From Ginglymostoma cirratum (lineage: Eukaryota): a stretch of 64,000 bases of DNA. The translations under genes were made by a program, and so were the position numbers. Below the pieces are notes generated by a model, which worked only from the letters and a program-made list of their open reading frames with translations, made no database searches and was not told the DNA's origin. Numbering within the stretch: the first letter of the stretch is position 1; each line of letters starts with the position of its first letter. Shown here piece after piece: positions 1 to 11,796 of the stretch. The stretch covers positions 29,483,382 through 29,547,381 of the forward strand of contig JAHRHZ010000030.1 in the NCBI GenBank assembly GCA_024137785.1, given 5' to 3'.

Positions 1-214
1 TCAGGGAAGCACCCATATGTTGTTCAGAGGGAGAGGCTTTTATTTCAGTTTTACTTTGTCTTGGGAAGTTCTGTGAAGTCTGAGCATGGAGATGCATGTA
101 CACAGCAGTGCTCCTGAGAAGGGGAGAATTAACTGGATTACTTTAGAGTAAGGAGTTAGTGAATGTCCCAAACCAAAAGTATTGGGATAAAACCCTGAAG
201 AGGACTTAAAGACG

Positions 215-520
215 TCAGTTTTTCAACATAATATTAATGACTCAAATGGAGGAATAGAGATTTGTATATCCATGTTTTCAGGTGACTGAAAGTTAGACGA
301 TGCAATTAGCTGCAGGAACATAATCAGGAAACCAGATGGGGACGTAGGCAGATACAGTGACGAGGAAAAAATGGCAGCCAGGAGTTTAATTTCGGCAAGT
401 GGATCCAGACTGGACAAGTCAGAATATTTTACAAATGGCAAGACATTTGGAACAGTGGTGCAGCAAAGTGATTTTGGTAGTCATGCAAACAAATTCAAGA
501 CAGTTGACTGGCAGGCTTCC
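215..520 (+). mobile_element. Degenerate CR1-type LINE RT fragment
   Basis: + frame reads INDSNGGIEICISMFSGD*KLDDAISC..., similar to CR1 INDLDEGIEC.ISKFADDTKLGGAVSC. Confidence 0.65.
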
Positions 521-727
521 AACCAGAGAGGACTAAAACAACCAGAGAGGACTAAAAACTTAGACATCTTTGAGATTTGATCTGAAATCAAATTCAAGCA
601 GAGATGGAAAGACATGCAGCAAAATCCCCACAATATTCAGGTCCCTGAGGGAAAGAAAACAGTACATCACAAGTCATTGTGCAATCTCTTAAAATGTAAT
701 TTGAACAGAAAAAGATCAATCTCTAAC

Positions 728-972
728 CTATAGTTCTGTCGCTTGCAAGGTATTGCAATAGGAAATCATCATCTGCTTCTTGTTGTCTGCCAGGACTGAC
801 TGTGGATGTTCTTAGTGTCTTACTGCCATTTACAGTCAACTGAGCTTGGTTGCTGGAACGTTGCAGTATTGGAATATCAGGTTGATAACTTGGATGGAAA
901 TACTGCTCCACAGGAAGAAGGCACTTCTTGTAAAAGCAATCCACTAACCATCTTGCCGTAACCACATATGGC
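728..972 (-). CDS. TOPBP1: TOPBP1 coding exon 9
   Basis: PYVVTARWLVDCFYKKCLLPVEQYFHPSYQP...DDDFLLQY; TAG| and |GTTAGA; 245 nt. Confidence 0.92.
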
Positions 973-2323
973 CTAATGCAAATATTAATCCATCAAATAT
1001 TATTTGTTTGAAAAGTTACTGAACATGAATAATTTAAAAATACGTCTTCACGTTTATTATTTTTGTGGAGGAAATACGAGTGTAAAATGGCAACTACGTG
1101 AGAGATTGACAGGGAGAAATAGAGCGAGTGATCAAAGAGGCAAATGGAAGAACAGAGGCAAAGGGAAAAAACATAACTACATTTCCCAGAATACCATAAG
1201 TTTCCAGTGCAAGAGAAGCCAAGGTTAACAGGTAGTCTGTGAGCATTTGCCTTATATACAGTTACGGACGCACAAGCATCCACAGCATGCCTGCCCGGTG
1301 ATTCGTTTAGTAGTTTTAGCATTAAACCAAGAAAGTGTCTTATCCATTTCTGTGCTACTTCAAACCAAAGATCTTGCACCCAAGTTACTGCATCTTATCG
1401 TCTCCCAAATCCCACAATTCCCATCCAGAATTTTAACTGTTTGCTGATATGTTAGTTCCCCTAGCCAGGTTTGTGATCTCCTAGTTCAACTAGAATATCG
1501 TTTGCCAGACAAAAACAACATAAATCACCAGACCAAGCTAAGGCAACTTCACTGTTTCAACTAGTACTTATCATTCACAGGCATCAACCTCTCTGTTAAA
1601 CCTACAAGCTCCCAATTTACACCTCAAATAGTAGATGGTTCTATATTCACACTGTACTACTCACCTACCCAGAAGTCAGCTGACATCTGTTAGTAGATAC
1701 TTCCTGTCATCTATATGATGCAATACCTAAAGGTCAATCTGTGGTGCTATCTTCTCTCTGACCCATGGCTTGCTACCCCTATGATAAAATACACATAGTC
1801 AATGATTATAGATTTCCCTTTTTGACCTGTGGAGATCTCCTTTAAAAAATTAAATTAAATTGCTGACATGACTTGTCCTTATTTATCATGATCCCAGCTG
1901 ATGTTATTATTGATCAAGTGACATCCCAGACTGAAATCCGGTTCTTTTGTTTGTTTGGTTTCAACTCACTTAGAAACAAGAAATGTTGCAAATTTTGTTT
2001 ATTCCAATAAAAATAAACAGAGATGGAAGCAAGGAGTGAAGGGAAGAGGAAAAGAAAAAGAATAAGATTAAATGTGCAATAAGTGGAAAAAGATGAATTG
2101 CAAAAGAGCAGAGACGATAAGAAACAAAAGAGGAAAGAGATATAAGAAGCAGGCATACAAGGGAAAAACCATTGTACCTCCAGCTTTTGCTGATATCATA
2201 AAGCAAAAGAAAATTACACAAGTGTAACCCATTTCTTGCAAAATGACATTATATGGTACAGTTTAAATTATATCTAAGTCATTCCCTGTTGTCCTTTAGG
2301 TGTAAAACATGCAATGACTATAC

Positions 2324-2487
2324 CTGTTTGATATTTTGTTTAAACATTGTTTCAACTCCTTATCCTCTTCTCCCATGATTACATAGGTAACATCTTCACA
2401 GACTTGGTTAAATCGAATACCACCTCCAAAATTGATCATCCGTCTTAATTTGTCCAATTTCTTGCCACTAAATCCAGACAAATAGAT
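2324..2487 (-). CDS. TOPBP1: TOPBP1 coding exon 8 (BRCT3)
   Basis: [39 protein letters not shown]; 164 nt. Confidence 0.95.
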
Positions 2488-2784
2488 CTGACCAAGATAT
2501 GCATGGGTGTACATATCAGACTTCATCTTTGAAAATATTAGCTTATTTGCAATAATTATTCACCAAATTGGGAGTTCAAAAATACATGATTTTGCAATTA
2601 AACAAGATTAATTAACAAAATAGTTGACAAAAAAGTAAAATACTGTTTGGTTCAAAAAATGCATGCACAAACAAGGAGCATTACAAGTTCATCACGCTAG
2701 TTCATACCTACATAATTATCAGCCATGATGCAATATTTCATTACTGCAAACATTCCTGAGACACAGCTGAAGTTGTTTCCTTAC

Positions 2785-2954
2785 CTTACATCCATCCAGC
2801 AAGTCCTCAGGAACTTCAGCAAGATCAAGATCTATTGCCTCAAGATGGTCATCAGGGGGTTCAAGTTTGGCAACCATGGCAGAGGAGAATGTAGATTCAT
2901 TTATACAGCTTGTGCTAATACTGGAAATATGACTCACATCTGAGGGGGGTCGGG
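2785..2954 (-). CDS. TOPBP1: TOPBP1 coding exon 7
   Basis: RPPSDVSHISSISTSCINES...PEDLLDGCK; 170 nt, TAG| and |GTAAGG. Confidence 0.93.
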
Positions 2955-3261
2955 CTAACAATTAGTAAAGGAAGAGAAAAGGGGAAAATTACATCATGTG
3001 CATTCTTGGCTTAAGTCTAATATTAGTTCATTATCTACATAATATGCAAACTTTTAATAATATATATTTTTCCAATACTACATTCTTGAAACAAAATAAA
3101 ATCCAAGGAGTTATACAATATCCAAAACATTGGAGAGCTTATGATGGCACTGCAGCATGGAAAACAATATTTTGCGAGTAGAGTGCAAAATTACAATCTC
3201 AAAATACTCTCCTATAATGCCAGGTGAAAACTGACAGCATCAAGTGTGCAACTAATGTAAG

Positions 3262-3616
3262 AGTTGCAGAGTCATACAGCACAGACACAGACCCTTCGGT
3301 CCAATCAATCCATGTGGAACATAATACCAAACCAAACTAGTCCCACCTGACTGCTCTTGGTCCAAACCTTTCCTATTCATGTACTTATCCAAGTGCTTTT
3401 TAAACGTTGTTAATATGCCCTCATCCACCACTTCCTCAGGAAGTTCATTCCACACAGGTACCACCCTCTGTATAAAAGATTTGCTCCTCATGTATTTTTT
3501 AAAATCTCTCTCTTCCCACCTTAAAAAAGTGCTCCCAGTCTTGAAATCCACCCTTCCTAGGGAAAAGACACCTACCGTTAACTCTATCTATACACTTCAT
3601 CATTTTATAAACTTCT
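3262..3616 (-). mobile_element. CR1-type LINE 3' end
   Basis: ORF2 tail VVPVWNELPEEVVDEGILTTFKKHLDKYMNRKGL followed by a 3' UTR shared with other copies in the window. Confidence 0.85.
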
Positions 3617-3879
3617 AAAAGGTCAATTTCATCTTTTGTAGTTTTGGATTGTGGACTGAAAATGAGAAAGAAACATAACGGTGGAGATACTTAGCAGGAG
3701 TGGAGAGAATAGCATCTGTGGAGAGAGAAACAGTTAAAGTTTTGAGACAGACCTGCTGAATTTCTTCAGCGTTCTGTGTTTGTTTCAGATTTCCAGCATC
3801 TGGAGTATTCTGCTTTTGTTTGAAAATGAGGGAAACAAATGCTGCTTTTAAAAGAGGTGAACATACAAGAAGTTGTTTC

Positions 3880-4900
3880 CAAATTGGAAAAAGCAAGTGA
3901 AGCTAACTGATGCATAAAAGACAACACAGTGTCCCCAAGACACAGAGACCAAACAAACTGGCACCATCAGTTGTGGGATCAAGACAGACTGGCAAAGTAA
4001 CAATCCTCTGATGGGGTCTGTGATAATCTGCACCAAAATCATGAAGGAAATGTAAACAGAGAAGCAGCAAACTCTCCAGAAAATGGCTGCATTAAAATCT
4101 CTCCCTATCCACTCTTTCGCTAAGTTCACTTTCCAATACTCTGTCAAAAGAGCAGAAAAACTACATTCAGTGACACTGAGAAAGGTAATTCTAAAACCTA
4201 AAGGGAAAAGATAGGATCCAGGATCCTACGAATCAACCAGTGAACTAAAGACTAATCAGGAACAAAAACAAAGCTGCTGGAAAAGCTCAGCAGGTCTGGC
4301 AGCATCTGTGGAGGAGGAAACAGAGTAAACGTTTCGGGTCTGGTGACTTTCTGAGGAAGGGTCACTGGACCCGAAACGTTAACTCTGTTTTCTCCTCCAC
4401 AGATGTGCTGAGCTTTCCAGCAACTTTGTTTTTGTTGCTGATTTACAGCATCCGCAGTTCTTTTAGTTTTTAACTAAAGACTAATCATTGCTGTGCAGAC
4501 AACATCATGGGATCATCAAAGAAACAAAAGAATTGTGAAATCAACAAATCCAATTTTGTGATTTGGATTGATGCGACAAGACTCTGTTTCACTATTTTTT
4601 CCCTCTACACATAACATTCGCATCATTTTCTTTATTTGTGTCTGGGGCAATTTAAAAGGGTAAAAGTTAAGTTGTATAGTCATAAATTAACAATTCATTT
4701 TCCTTTCTTAAGATAAGTAGTTTGGTCGCAATAGCTATTTTCTTGTTAATTACAAAAAACTAGCCTGTATTTCTTTGAATATGATCAGACTGCTAAGTAA
4801 GTGGATATTTTGGTAGTTTGATTAAATTTTCACATGTGTGGCAACCCTGTGAACAATACAGCTCAATACTGGCACAATGCTCTGAGTAAGTCATGATAGT
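3880..4900. mobile_element. Possible decayed solo-LTR-like repeat, host of the 4259-4471 insertion
   Basis: Non-coding; composition and end resemble the 43100-43900 tract; no internal ORFs, so the call is by resemblance only. Confidence 0.3.
4259..4471 (+). mobile_element. Palindromic Penelope-derived mini-element with minimal hammerhead motif and 16-bp TSD
   Basis: Inverted arms 4261-4350 / 4351-4436; CTGAGGA-A-GGGTC-ACTG-GACCC-GAAA-CGTT at 4351-4380; exact flanking direct repeat AACTAAAGACTAATCA at 4243-4258 and 4472-4487. Confidence 0.8.
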
Positions 4901-5199
4901 AACAGTAAGTAAAATAACATTCCTTTTAGAAGGGTTGAAAATCCATAGATGCTATTGCAATTCAATTGACAAAAGCCAATCAAATCAGTTTTAAGCACTA
5001 GTGGTGCTGCTGATTGTAAAAGAAGAAATGTGTTTATATAACAGGAGAGTATATCATGAAATGTGCAATATTCCAATGTTCCGACAGCACAGCTCTGCCA
5101 GAAACGAGTAAAACATTCTCACGACTTGCATTTAAATACAGAAATAAGAAAATGCCCCACTTTGTATTACAAGGCATCATACAGAGACAGCTAATTATT

Positions 5200-5512
5200 T
5201 TTATTCTTTCATGTAATGTGGCATGTTGCCCATCCCGAATTAGCCTTGACTTTAGGGTATTTCAGATGGCAGTTAGGATTCAACCAGGTTTGGGGTCACA
5301 TCTTGGCCAGAGCACGCAAAGATGTCAGATTTTCTTCCCTCAAGGACATCAGCAATTTAAAAAAGTGATGCTAACAATTGATTACTAAGATTAGCTTTCA
5401 ATTCCAGATTTTTATTCATTGATTGTAAATTCCACAGTTGCCAGTTTTAGTTTGTTCTTTAGAATTATAGAATGGCAGCCTCCTGTGTCATAACCATTCA
5501 GCTATTGTGTCT
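5200..5512 (-). mobile_element. Degenerate tRNA-derived SINE (same family as 41190-41565)
   Basis: Shares GCCCATCCC...GGGTCACAT...TTCCTTCCCT.AAGGACAT...ATTCCAGATTTT blocks with the 41.2-kb copy. Confidence 0.6.
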
Positions 5513-5608
5513 ACACCAGCTCTCTGGAAAAGCAACTAACTTCATTCATTCCAATCACCTGTAGCACTGTAAATTTTGTTTTGAAGGCCACAACTGAATC
5601 TCCCTCCA

Positions 5609-5609
<1 letters not shown>

Positions 5610-5655
<46 letters not shown>
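5610..5655. repeat. (CA)n microsatellite, ~23 units
   Basis: Directly visible. Confidence 0.98.
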
Positions 5656-5660
<5 letters not shown>

Positions 5661-6312
5661 AGCATTCCAGGTGCTAACCACTGGTTGTATGGGAAAAAAA
5701 ATTCTCACGTTACCATTGCTTCTCTTATCAATCACTATATTCCGATTTTCAATCCTTCCTCTAAGAGGAACAGTTTCGACCAACAGTTTTGGTCATATCC
5801 CCCATGATTTTGAAAACACTAACGGAATTCTACAATTTTTGATCGCCCAAGGAGAATAATCCCAGCTTGTTCCAATCTGTACAGGTACATTAAGTTTCTC
5901 ATCCATGGAACATTCTTCGGAATCTTTTCTGCACCCTTTTTTAATGGGATTTTAATCTTTACTGAACTGCGATGCTAAATTGGGCACGAGATACTAGATG
6001 GGCAGAATGTTATGCAGGTGCATCATAGTTTCCTTGCTTTCGTACTCTTTGTCCCTTTATAAAAAAAGCCCAGGATCCTGTATGCGTTCCCAATCTACTC
6101 TGTGACCTTCAATAAAGAGATCATCTTTAATGATCTGTGCAGATGGAGTCTATTTACCATGTTAGCTCTTTAAGAAGCAAGTGATTAGTCATATAGGTAT
6201 AAGTTAGGCAATTGGATGGTAAAGGAAATGGTAACAGTTCACATTTATTATTTAAAACGGCACTGCAAAATTTAAGAGAGGGGAATAGAAACATCAATAT
6301 CCTACTACTTAC

Positions 6313-6495
6313 AGCTCAGTGCATCTCCCATGTTAGTTGGAGTTGAAGTGTTTGGAGCTACGTCTGCAGGTTCAGTTTCAGATTCAACTTTGTAATTGCT
6401 TTCATCTTGGCAAGTACCATGTTTGATAGAATCAAAGAACCATTGGATAGATACGCAATATACATTCCACTTTTTTGCACATTCATACTTCTGGC
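6313..6495 (-). CDS. TOPBP1: TOPBP1 coding exon 6
   Basis: [27 protein letters not shown]...PNTSTPT; 183 nt, TAG| and |GTAAGT. Confidence 0.95.
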
Positions 6496-6849
6496 CTAGA
6501 CACAGAACAGACAAGTATTGAAATCAGCACAATAGTTAATATTAGTTGGAATAAAAACAATGATATATATGTCATGACTGGACATGATTTTACAGAATAG
6601 CAAAACAGTTTCAAGAGGCTATGTGGCCTACATCTGTTGCAACTATCCTACTTACCTACCTACCGACCACATAAACTTAGACGGCTAATGGGCCATGTAA
6701 CTACAGAACTGGTCACCACTGAACAAGTGGTTCAGTTAACTAAGTGCACCAGGGCAACTACAGCTGCACCCATTAAAATTAAGCAAGGAAGCCTTAACCT
6801 AGAAATGAATTCTAGAACTACAGAGAAAAGTCGATATGGTAGAATTAAA

Positions 6850-7395
6850 CAAAGGTGATTTAGAATGGTCTCCTTACTTTAGGAAGTAAACCCTTGCATT
6901 GGAAACACTTCTCAGAAGGTTCACTGGCCGGATTCCTGGAACATGGGGGTGGGGGCTGTGTGCCTTATGAGGAAATGTTTAGTAGGTTGGACCTATACTC
7001 ACAGCTTAGAAGAATGAGAGGTAATTTTATTGAAACATAGAAGATTCTGATGGTAGGTTGCTGGGTACATGCTTGGAGGTTTCCTCTCACAGGGTAACTT
7101 AGAAAACTGTACAGTTTAAAAATAATGTCAATTAAGACAGAGATAAGGGAGAACGTCTCCTCTCAGAGGGCTGTTATTCTTTGCAATTCTCTTCCCAGGC
7201 AGCAATAGAGGCTGAATCATTAAATACATTCAAGGCCGAGTTAACAGATTTTTGTTTGAGAAGATGGTCAAGAGTTATGGTCAAGGGTTAGGAAGGAAAG
7301 CCCAGTAAGGCCACGATTAGGTCTACCAGGAACTTAATGAACGGCAGAGGAGTTTTGATGGACTTAACAGGTGTTCTTTTCCACTTATGATCTTA
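6850..7395 (+). mobile_element. Degenerate CR1-type LINE 3' region
   Basis: AGAAGAATGAGAGGTAA..TTATTGAAACATA.AAGATTCTGA and TGCAATTCTCTTCCC...GAGGCTG...CATTCAAGGC blocks typical of the CR1 ORF2 end. Confidence 0.7.
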
Positions 7396-7837
7396 CAAAA
7401 CGCTAAGAAATATCAACTGTCAATAAGATTTATAATCAATCCATAACAGTCCTATCGATCTTACTTTGCTGGCTTTCACACTTTAATATATCACGCTTTA
7501 TATGTGTTATTCATTAGCCTAGTTGCATGTTGATCAAATCTCATTTACAAATGTAACAGAATGTCACTTTCAGGAAACGGGATTGCAGGAATTAGTAACC
7601 AGTTGACAATCTCCATACTGCTTCTTGCACATATGGAACAGCTATATCTTAGGCATGGCAATAAAGACAAGCAGAAAAAAAAATTATAGTCTCTTTCATT
7701 ATAGAAAATAATACAAACGATAAAAACTGAACAATGTGATATGAATATTTCAAAAGAAAAATGCAATGTAAAGAGGCTTCGCTTTGATGTTTCTGTAAAG
7801 TCTGAAAATTGAACCATGTCATATAGGGCATCTTTAC

Positions 7838-8031
7838 CTTTAGGTTCTTGCACAATCAAATGTGTGCAATCATTCATCTTCAGCTGCCCAGAGTATTGGC
7901 CCCCATTCTCCAAGGTAAGTCGCTGTACTTCCTGTCTGTCCTGGCTACTCAGCCCAGTTACACAAATTGTGCAGCCAAGGAACGGAGGACAGAGGTGCTC
8001 CGCCATATCCACATCTGTAAGGTTGATGATG
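7838..8031 (-). CDS. TOPBP1: TOPBP1 coding exon 5 (BRCT2)
   Basis: [28 protein letters not shown]...[10 protein letters not shown]; 194 nt, phases fit neighbours. Confidence 0.95.
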
Positions 8032-8649
8032 CTGTTTGAAAGAAAGGTAAAGTGAGTGAAATCAATACAAACAGTTGACAGTTACTTCATTTAAGGTTCC
8101 TCAATATTCAGTAAGTCACCAAGAACAAACGTATTTATATAATATCTTATTGCCACCTCACGACGCCTCCAAGTCTTCACATCTTCTGAACTACTTTTCA
8201 AGTCTAGTTATGCCTAAAAAGGAATAGTAGCCATATTTCACATAGCACATCAAGTCAATAGCAATGTTTTCAAAGCCTCCCCAATATTCTCAAGTTTCAC
8301 TTGCACACCCTGCAAGTTAATTTTTGACATTTTAAGACCTACGTAATAGTGTCATAATTATTGTCTGAAAATTGTCCAATGTGGAAAAAGTTAGATGCAG
8401 AACTTACATTAACTCTCTAAAACGAGCTAGCCATTATCCTTTTCCCTATAATCCTACTGTCATTTCTTCATAGCCTTTCACATCTTCAAATCTTTCACAT
8501 TTGTTCACTTCATGTTTAAAACCTATTTACTGATTCTGATCAGTGCTGTTTCCAACAAGTCTTTTTAGCACCAAATACACAACTGGATATAACACTTCAA
8601 CTTCTTAAAAAAAATTCGAAAGGAAATATCATCCACCATGGATACTTAC

Positions 8650-8831
8650 CCCTTTTTAGCTTTCTCCCAGCATGCCTTAACCCAGGATGGAAGTAAAATT
8701 TTCTTTTTCAGACTGGCAGCTACTAGATACTTCTTGCTTCCAACCTCTCCAGCTATCAGATGAGTTACAGAGATGTTGAAATCTCGAAGGATCCGACCAC
8801 CCATCAGTTGTACATGTTGATGTACATGATC
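8650..8831 (-). CDS. TOPBP1: TOPBP1 coding exon 4 (BRCT1)
   Basis: [39 protein letters not shown]...WEKAKK; TAAG| and |GTAAGT; 182 nt. Confidence 0.95.
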
Positions 8832-9448
8832 CTTAGGAGGTAACACACAAATCATTCAGTCTCCAGGAAAGTAGTAATTAAAACATTGCGCCATGAGCCT
8901 TTAAAAAAACAATTTTTATTTCAAAACTTTGGGCATGTCCAAATTATTACTAACGCAGGCAGCACAATTTTTAATAACTGATTTAAAAGTGGTACACAGT
9001 TCACGAAGCTGTCTTTGGACTGAAAACAAAAATGACAATGATTTCACTTAATATACATTAGGTGATAAACTATAACTTTTTCTTAGTTGTCATTTTAACT
9101 AATAAAATACTGGCACTATCGAAGATTTTGTCACATGGAGACATTTCCGAGCATTTCACACAATGAGGTAACTGAATTAGTATTGATTTTTACCAAAATT
9201 GTTAACAGAAGGCTTTATACCATCTAGTTTAGAAATTAAACTGCAACCAAAATTCTCTCCGGCTTTGAAACTTTGCATGCAAACATAGCTTTTGATCTGC
9301 TAATTAGATTATAGAGCCTTTGGAATCATTTAATTTGTAGGTCCCCATCAGAATTCATCATGCAATGCAAGTTCAAAGGCCTATGCATCACTCTCTCTAA
9401 AAATTACACCTAAGGCTTCAGTTAATAGCACTGCTCTGAAATACATAC

Positions 9449-9592
9449 CCTGGTTTGCTTATCCAAGCTGGTGCATGAAACCACCACATCAGCCATGACC
9501 ATACTATAGACAGGATGTACAGCTTCAGGTACACTCTGTTGTTGTTGAAGACAAAATACAACCACTTGTGGGCCAACAATCCTACATCCAAG
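9449..9592 (-). CDS. TOPBP1: TOPBP1 coding exon 3
   Basis: [15 protein letters not shown]...[23 protein letters not shown]; 144 nt, GT/AG. Confidence 0.95.
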
Positions 9593-9901
9593 CTGCACAT
9601 AAAAAAGGTATGTCAAAGTATAAAGCAGTAATTATCCCTGCAGTAAAACTGAAATACTATAACTTCACAAAGATGCATGTTCTGTCTACCAACTGAAAAC
9701 CTAAATAAATTAGTTTCAAATCAGAAACTTGCCTCATGGTCTAATTTTATTTGTACCACCGTTAATGGTTGTGCCTTTAGCTGCTGTAGCCCTGATCTCT
9801 GGAATGCCCTCCCTTTGCTCCTTCCTGAAACTCGTTAAAGCTTACTGTGTGCACATTAGCTGCAGTTTCCCACATTACAAGTCACTACACCACAAAGTAC
9901 T

Positions 9902-10518
9902 AAAATAAACCAAAGAACTGCGGATGGTGGAGATCTGAAATAAAAACAGAAATTGATAGAGAAACTCATCAGGTCTAGCTGCATCATCTATAATCATAGA
10001 ATCCATAGAAAAAAGCCATTCGGCCCACTGAGTCTGCACCAACCTTCCAAAGAGCACCCTGCCCAAACCCAATCTTTTGATTGCCAATTTGATGCTAGAG
10101 GATTGTGGAGAGTAACAGTTATCTTAAAATTTCAGAGCTAGCACAGATTGCAATTACTATTATACTGTTTGCATTGAGGACTGTTCATTTACCAGTTCAG
10201 ACCCCCCACCCTATCCCCATAACCCTTCATTTACCATAGCCAATCTACCTAAATTGCACGTCTTTGAACTGTGGGAGGAAACTCGACCACCCAACGGAAA
10301 TCCACGCAGACACAGGGACAATGTGTAAACTCACCACAGAGAGTCACCAAACGCTGAAATCAAACCCAGGTTCCTGGCACTGAGGCAGCAGTGCTAACCA
10401 CTATGCCACAGTGTCGTCCAACCTGATGAAGAGTCAACGTACTCGAAACATTAACTCTGCTTTCTTCCCACAGATGCTGTCAAACCTGCTGAGTTTCTCC
10501 AGCAATTTCTGTTTTTAT
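9902..10518 (-). mobile_element. Palindromic Penelope-derived mini-element interrupted by a SINE
   Basis: Left arm 9902-9985; right arm 10421-10518 with CTGATGA-A-GAGT-CAACGT-ACTC-GAAA at 10423-10448. Confidence 0.75.
9992..10420 (-). mobile_element. HE1/V-SINE-type tRNA-derived SINE, containing a 130-bp foreign insert at 10071-10200
   Basis: Reverse strand: GTGGCATAGTGGTTAGCACTGCTGCCTCAGTGCCAGGAACCTGGGTTTGATTTC head, V-domain-like TCTGCGTGGATTTCC...TTTCCTCCCACAGTTCAAAGACGTGCA, CR1-like tail. Confidence 0.8.
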
Positions 10519-11577
10519 ACTACAAAGCACTTTCAGATGTCCTGAAGCCATGAAGTGGTCTCTTAATACCACACATTTTTCTGCCTTTTTCTCATGTTGC
10601 TGCATCACATCTCTTTCAATGCTCTAAGTAATTCTCAACCATTATAATTCGGAGCTATCTTGGAAACTATTTACTCGCCCAAAAAAGTCATTCGACAAAC
10701 GCATTTCTAACAGCTGTTAACACAACGTGCATTATGCCACTGAGACACAAATAAAGCAATTTTATGAATATTATCTTAATCCTTTTTTTGCCGATCGCTG
10801 CATTGACGTGAAGTTTGGTTACTGCCATCTGCTCTGTAAGCTACAGGCAGTATAGATTACTGTATGGTATGCTGATAATGGCAGGGTATCTGATGCTATT
10901 TGCCTTGTACGGTGATTCACTTTACAAATTGTTTAGTAACTGGAGCAGATCAATAGCTTTCTGAAGAAAGCAAGCTCTGAGCTTTACTAAGCAATTATAC
11001 AATTGAAAATAGTAAATTTTACATTACAGGATAGCTTTTAAAAAACATTAGGAGACATCACTGAGCAGAAATGAATGTCTATCTAAAGTTAAGCAGCTTA
11101 GCAGCTGATTGGTGACTTTGGCATAACAAATAGCCATATAAAAACTAAAGGAGCAATCTTTCGATTGCCAATTTGATGCTACAGGATTGTGGAGAGTAAC
11201 AGCTATCTTAAAATTTCAGAGTTAGCGCAGACTGCAATTACTATATACTGTTTGCATTAAGGGCTGTTCATTTACCAGTTCAGTGCTCAATAAACTTGTC
11301 TAGTAGTTTGCAATCTGAATGTGATCCATTAAATTATATAGCCCTTCACCTACTGAACACTAGATCTTATGGCAGCATATTATAAATTCTAGCAGCTGGT
11401 ATCCAGGTCACAATAGTTCTCTGCTTGGTGACTAAATTTTGCTGCCTTGTAGTACCACCATTGGTTCAGACAGATGTGGCAGTGGGCTTTCTATTTGGGT
11501 TCAGGCCACACTTAATAAAAAGCAGGATATAACAAAATCAAAAAAAATTCTACAAGAGTGAAACATAAACTACATAC

Positions 11578-11712
11578 CTTTTTCAGGTGATTGTAAGCAT
11601 CTCCCTCAAATGGATCACATATATAAAGTGAGCTGTCTTTTACTTTCAAGTTAAATACTTCATCTTCATGTACAATCTGCAGGAAGTCCTCAGATTTAAA
11701 TTCTTTAATAGC
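11578..11712 (-). CDS. TOPBP1: TOPBP1 coding exon 2
   Basis: AIKEFKSEDFLQIV...SLYICDPFEGDAYNHLKK; CAG| and |GTATGT; 135 nt; preceding intron is 84 bp. Confidence 0.95.
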
Positions 11713-11796
11713 CTGCAAATCAGAAAAAACTGTATGAAATGAATAAAGTTAAAAGGAAGAAAGGTTTAAACATTAAATAGCATTTTATAAACCAAC

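Noticed and set aside
521-558. ~19-bp tandem duplication AACCAGAGAGGACTAAAA
   Set aside because: Ordinary slippage-type duplication in an intron; no further structure.
223-645. Possible next TOPBP1 exon (acceptor-like TTTTCTTTCCCTCAG at ~645; ORF 223-441)
   Set aside because: The required phase hits a stop immediately, there is no similarity to TOPBP1, and the ORF is the antisense of a decayed CR1 RT.
9886-10531. Apparent 16-bp TSD (TACACCACAAAGTACT / TATACTACAAAGCACT) around the interrupted palindrome
   Set aside because: It has three mismatches, and the host SINE tail itself contains two similar words (compare 11982-12011), so it may not be a true TSD.
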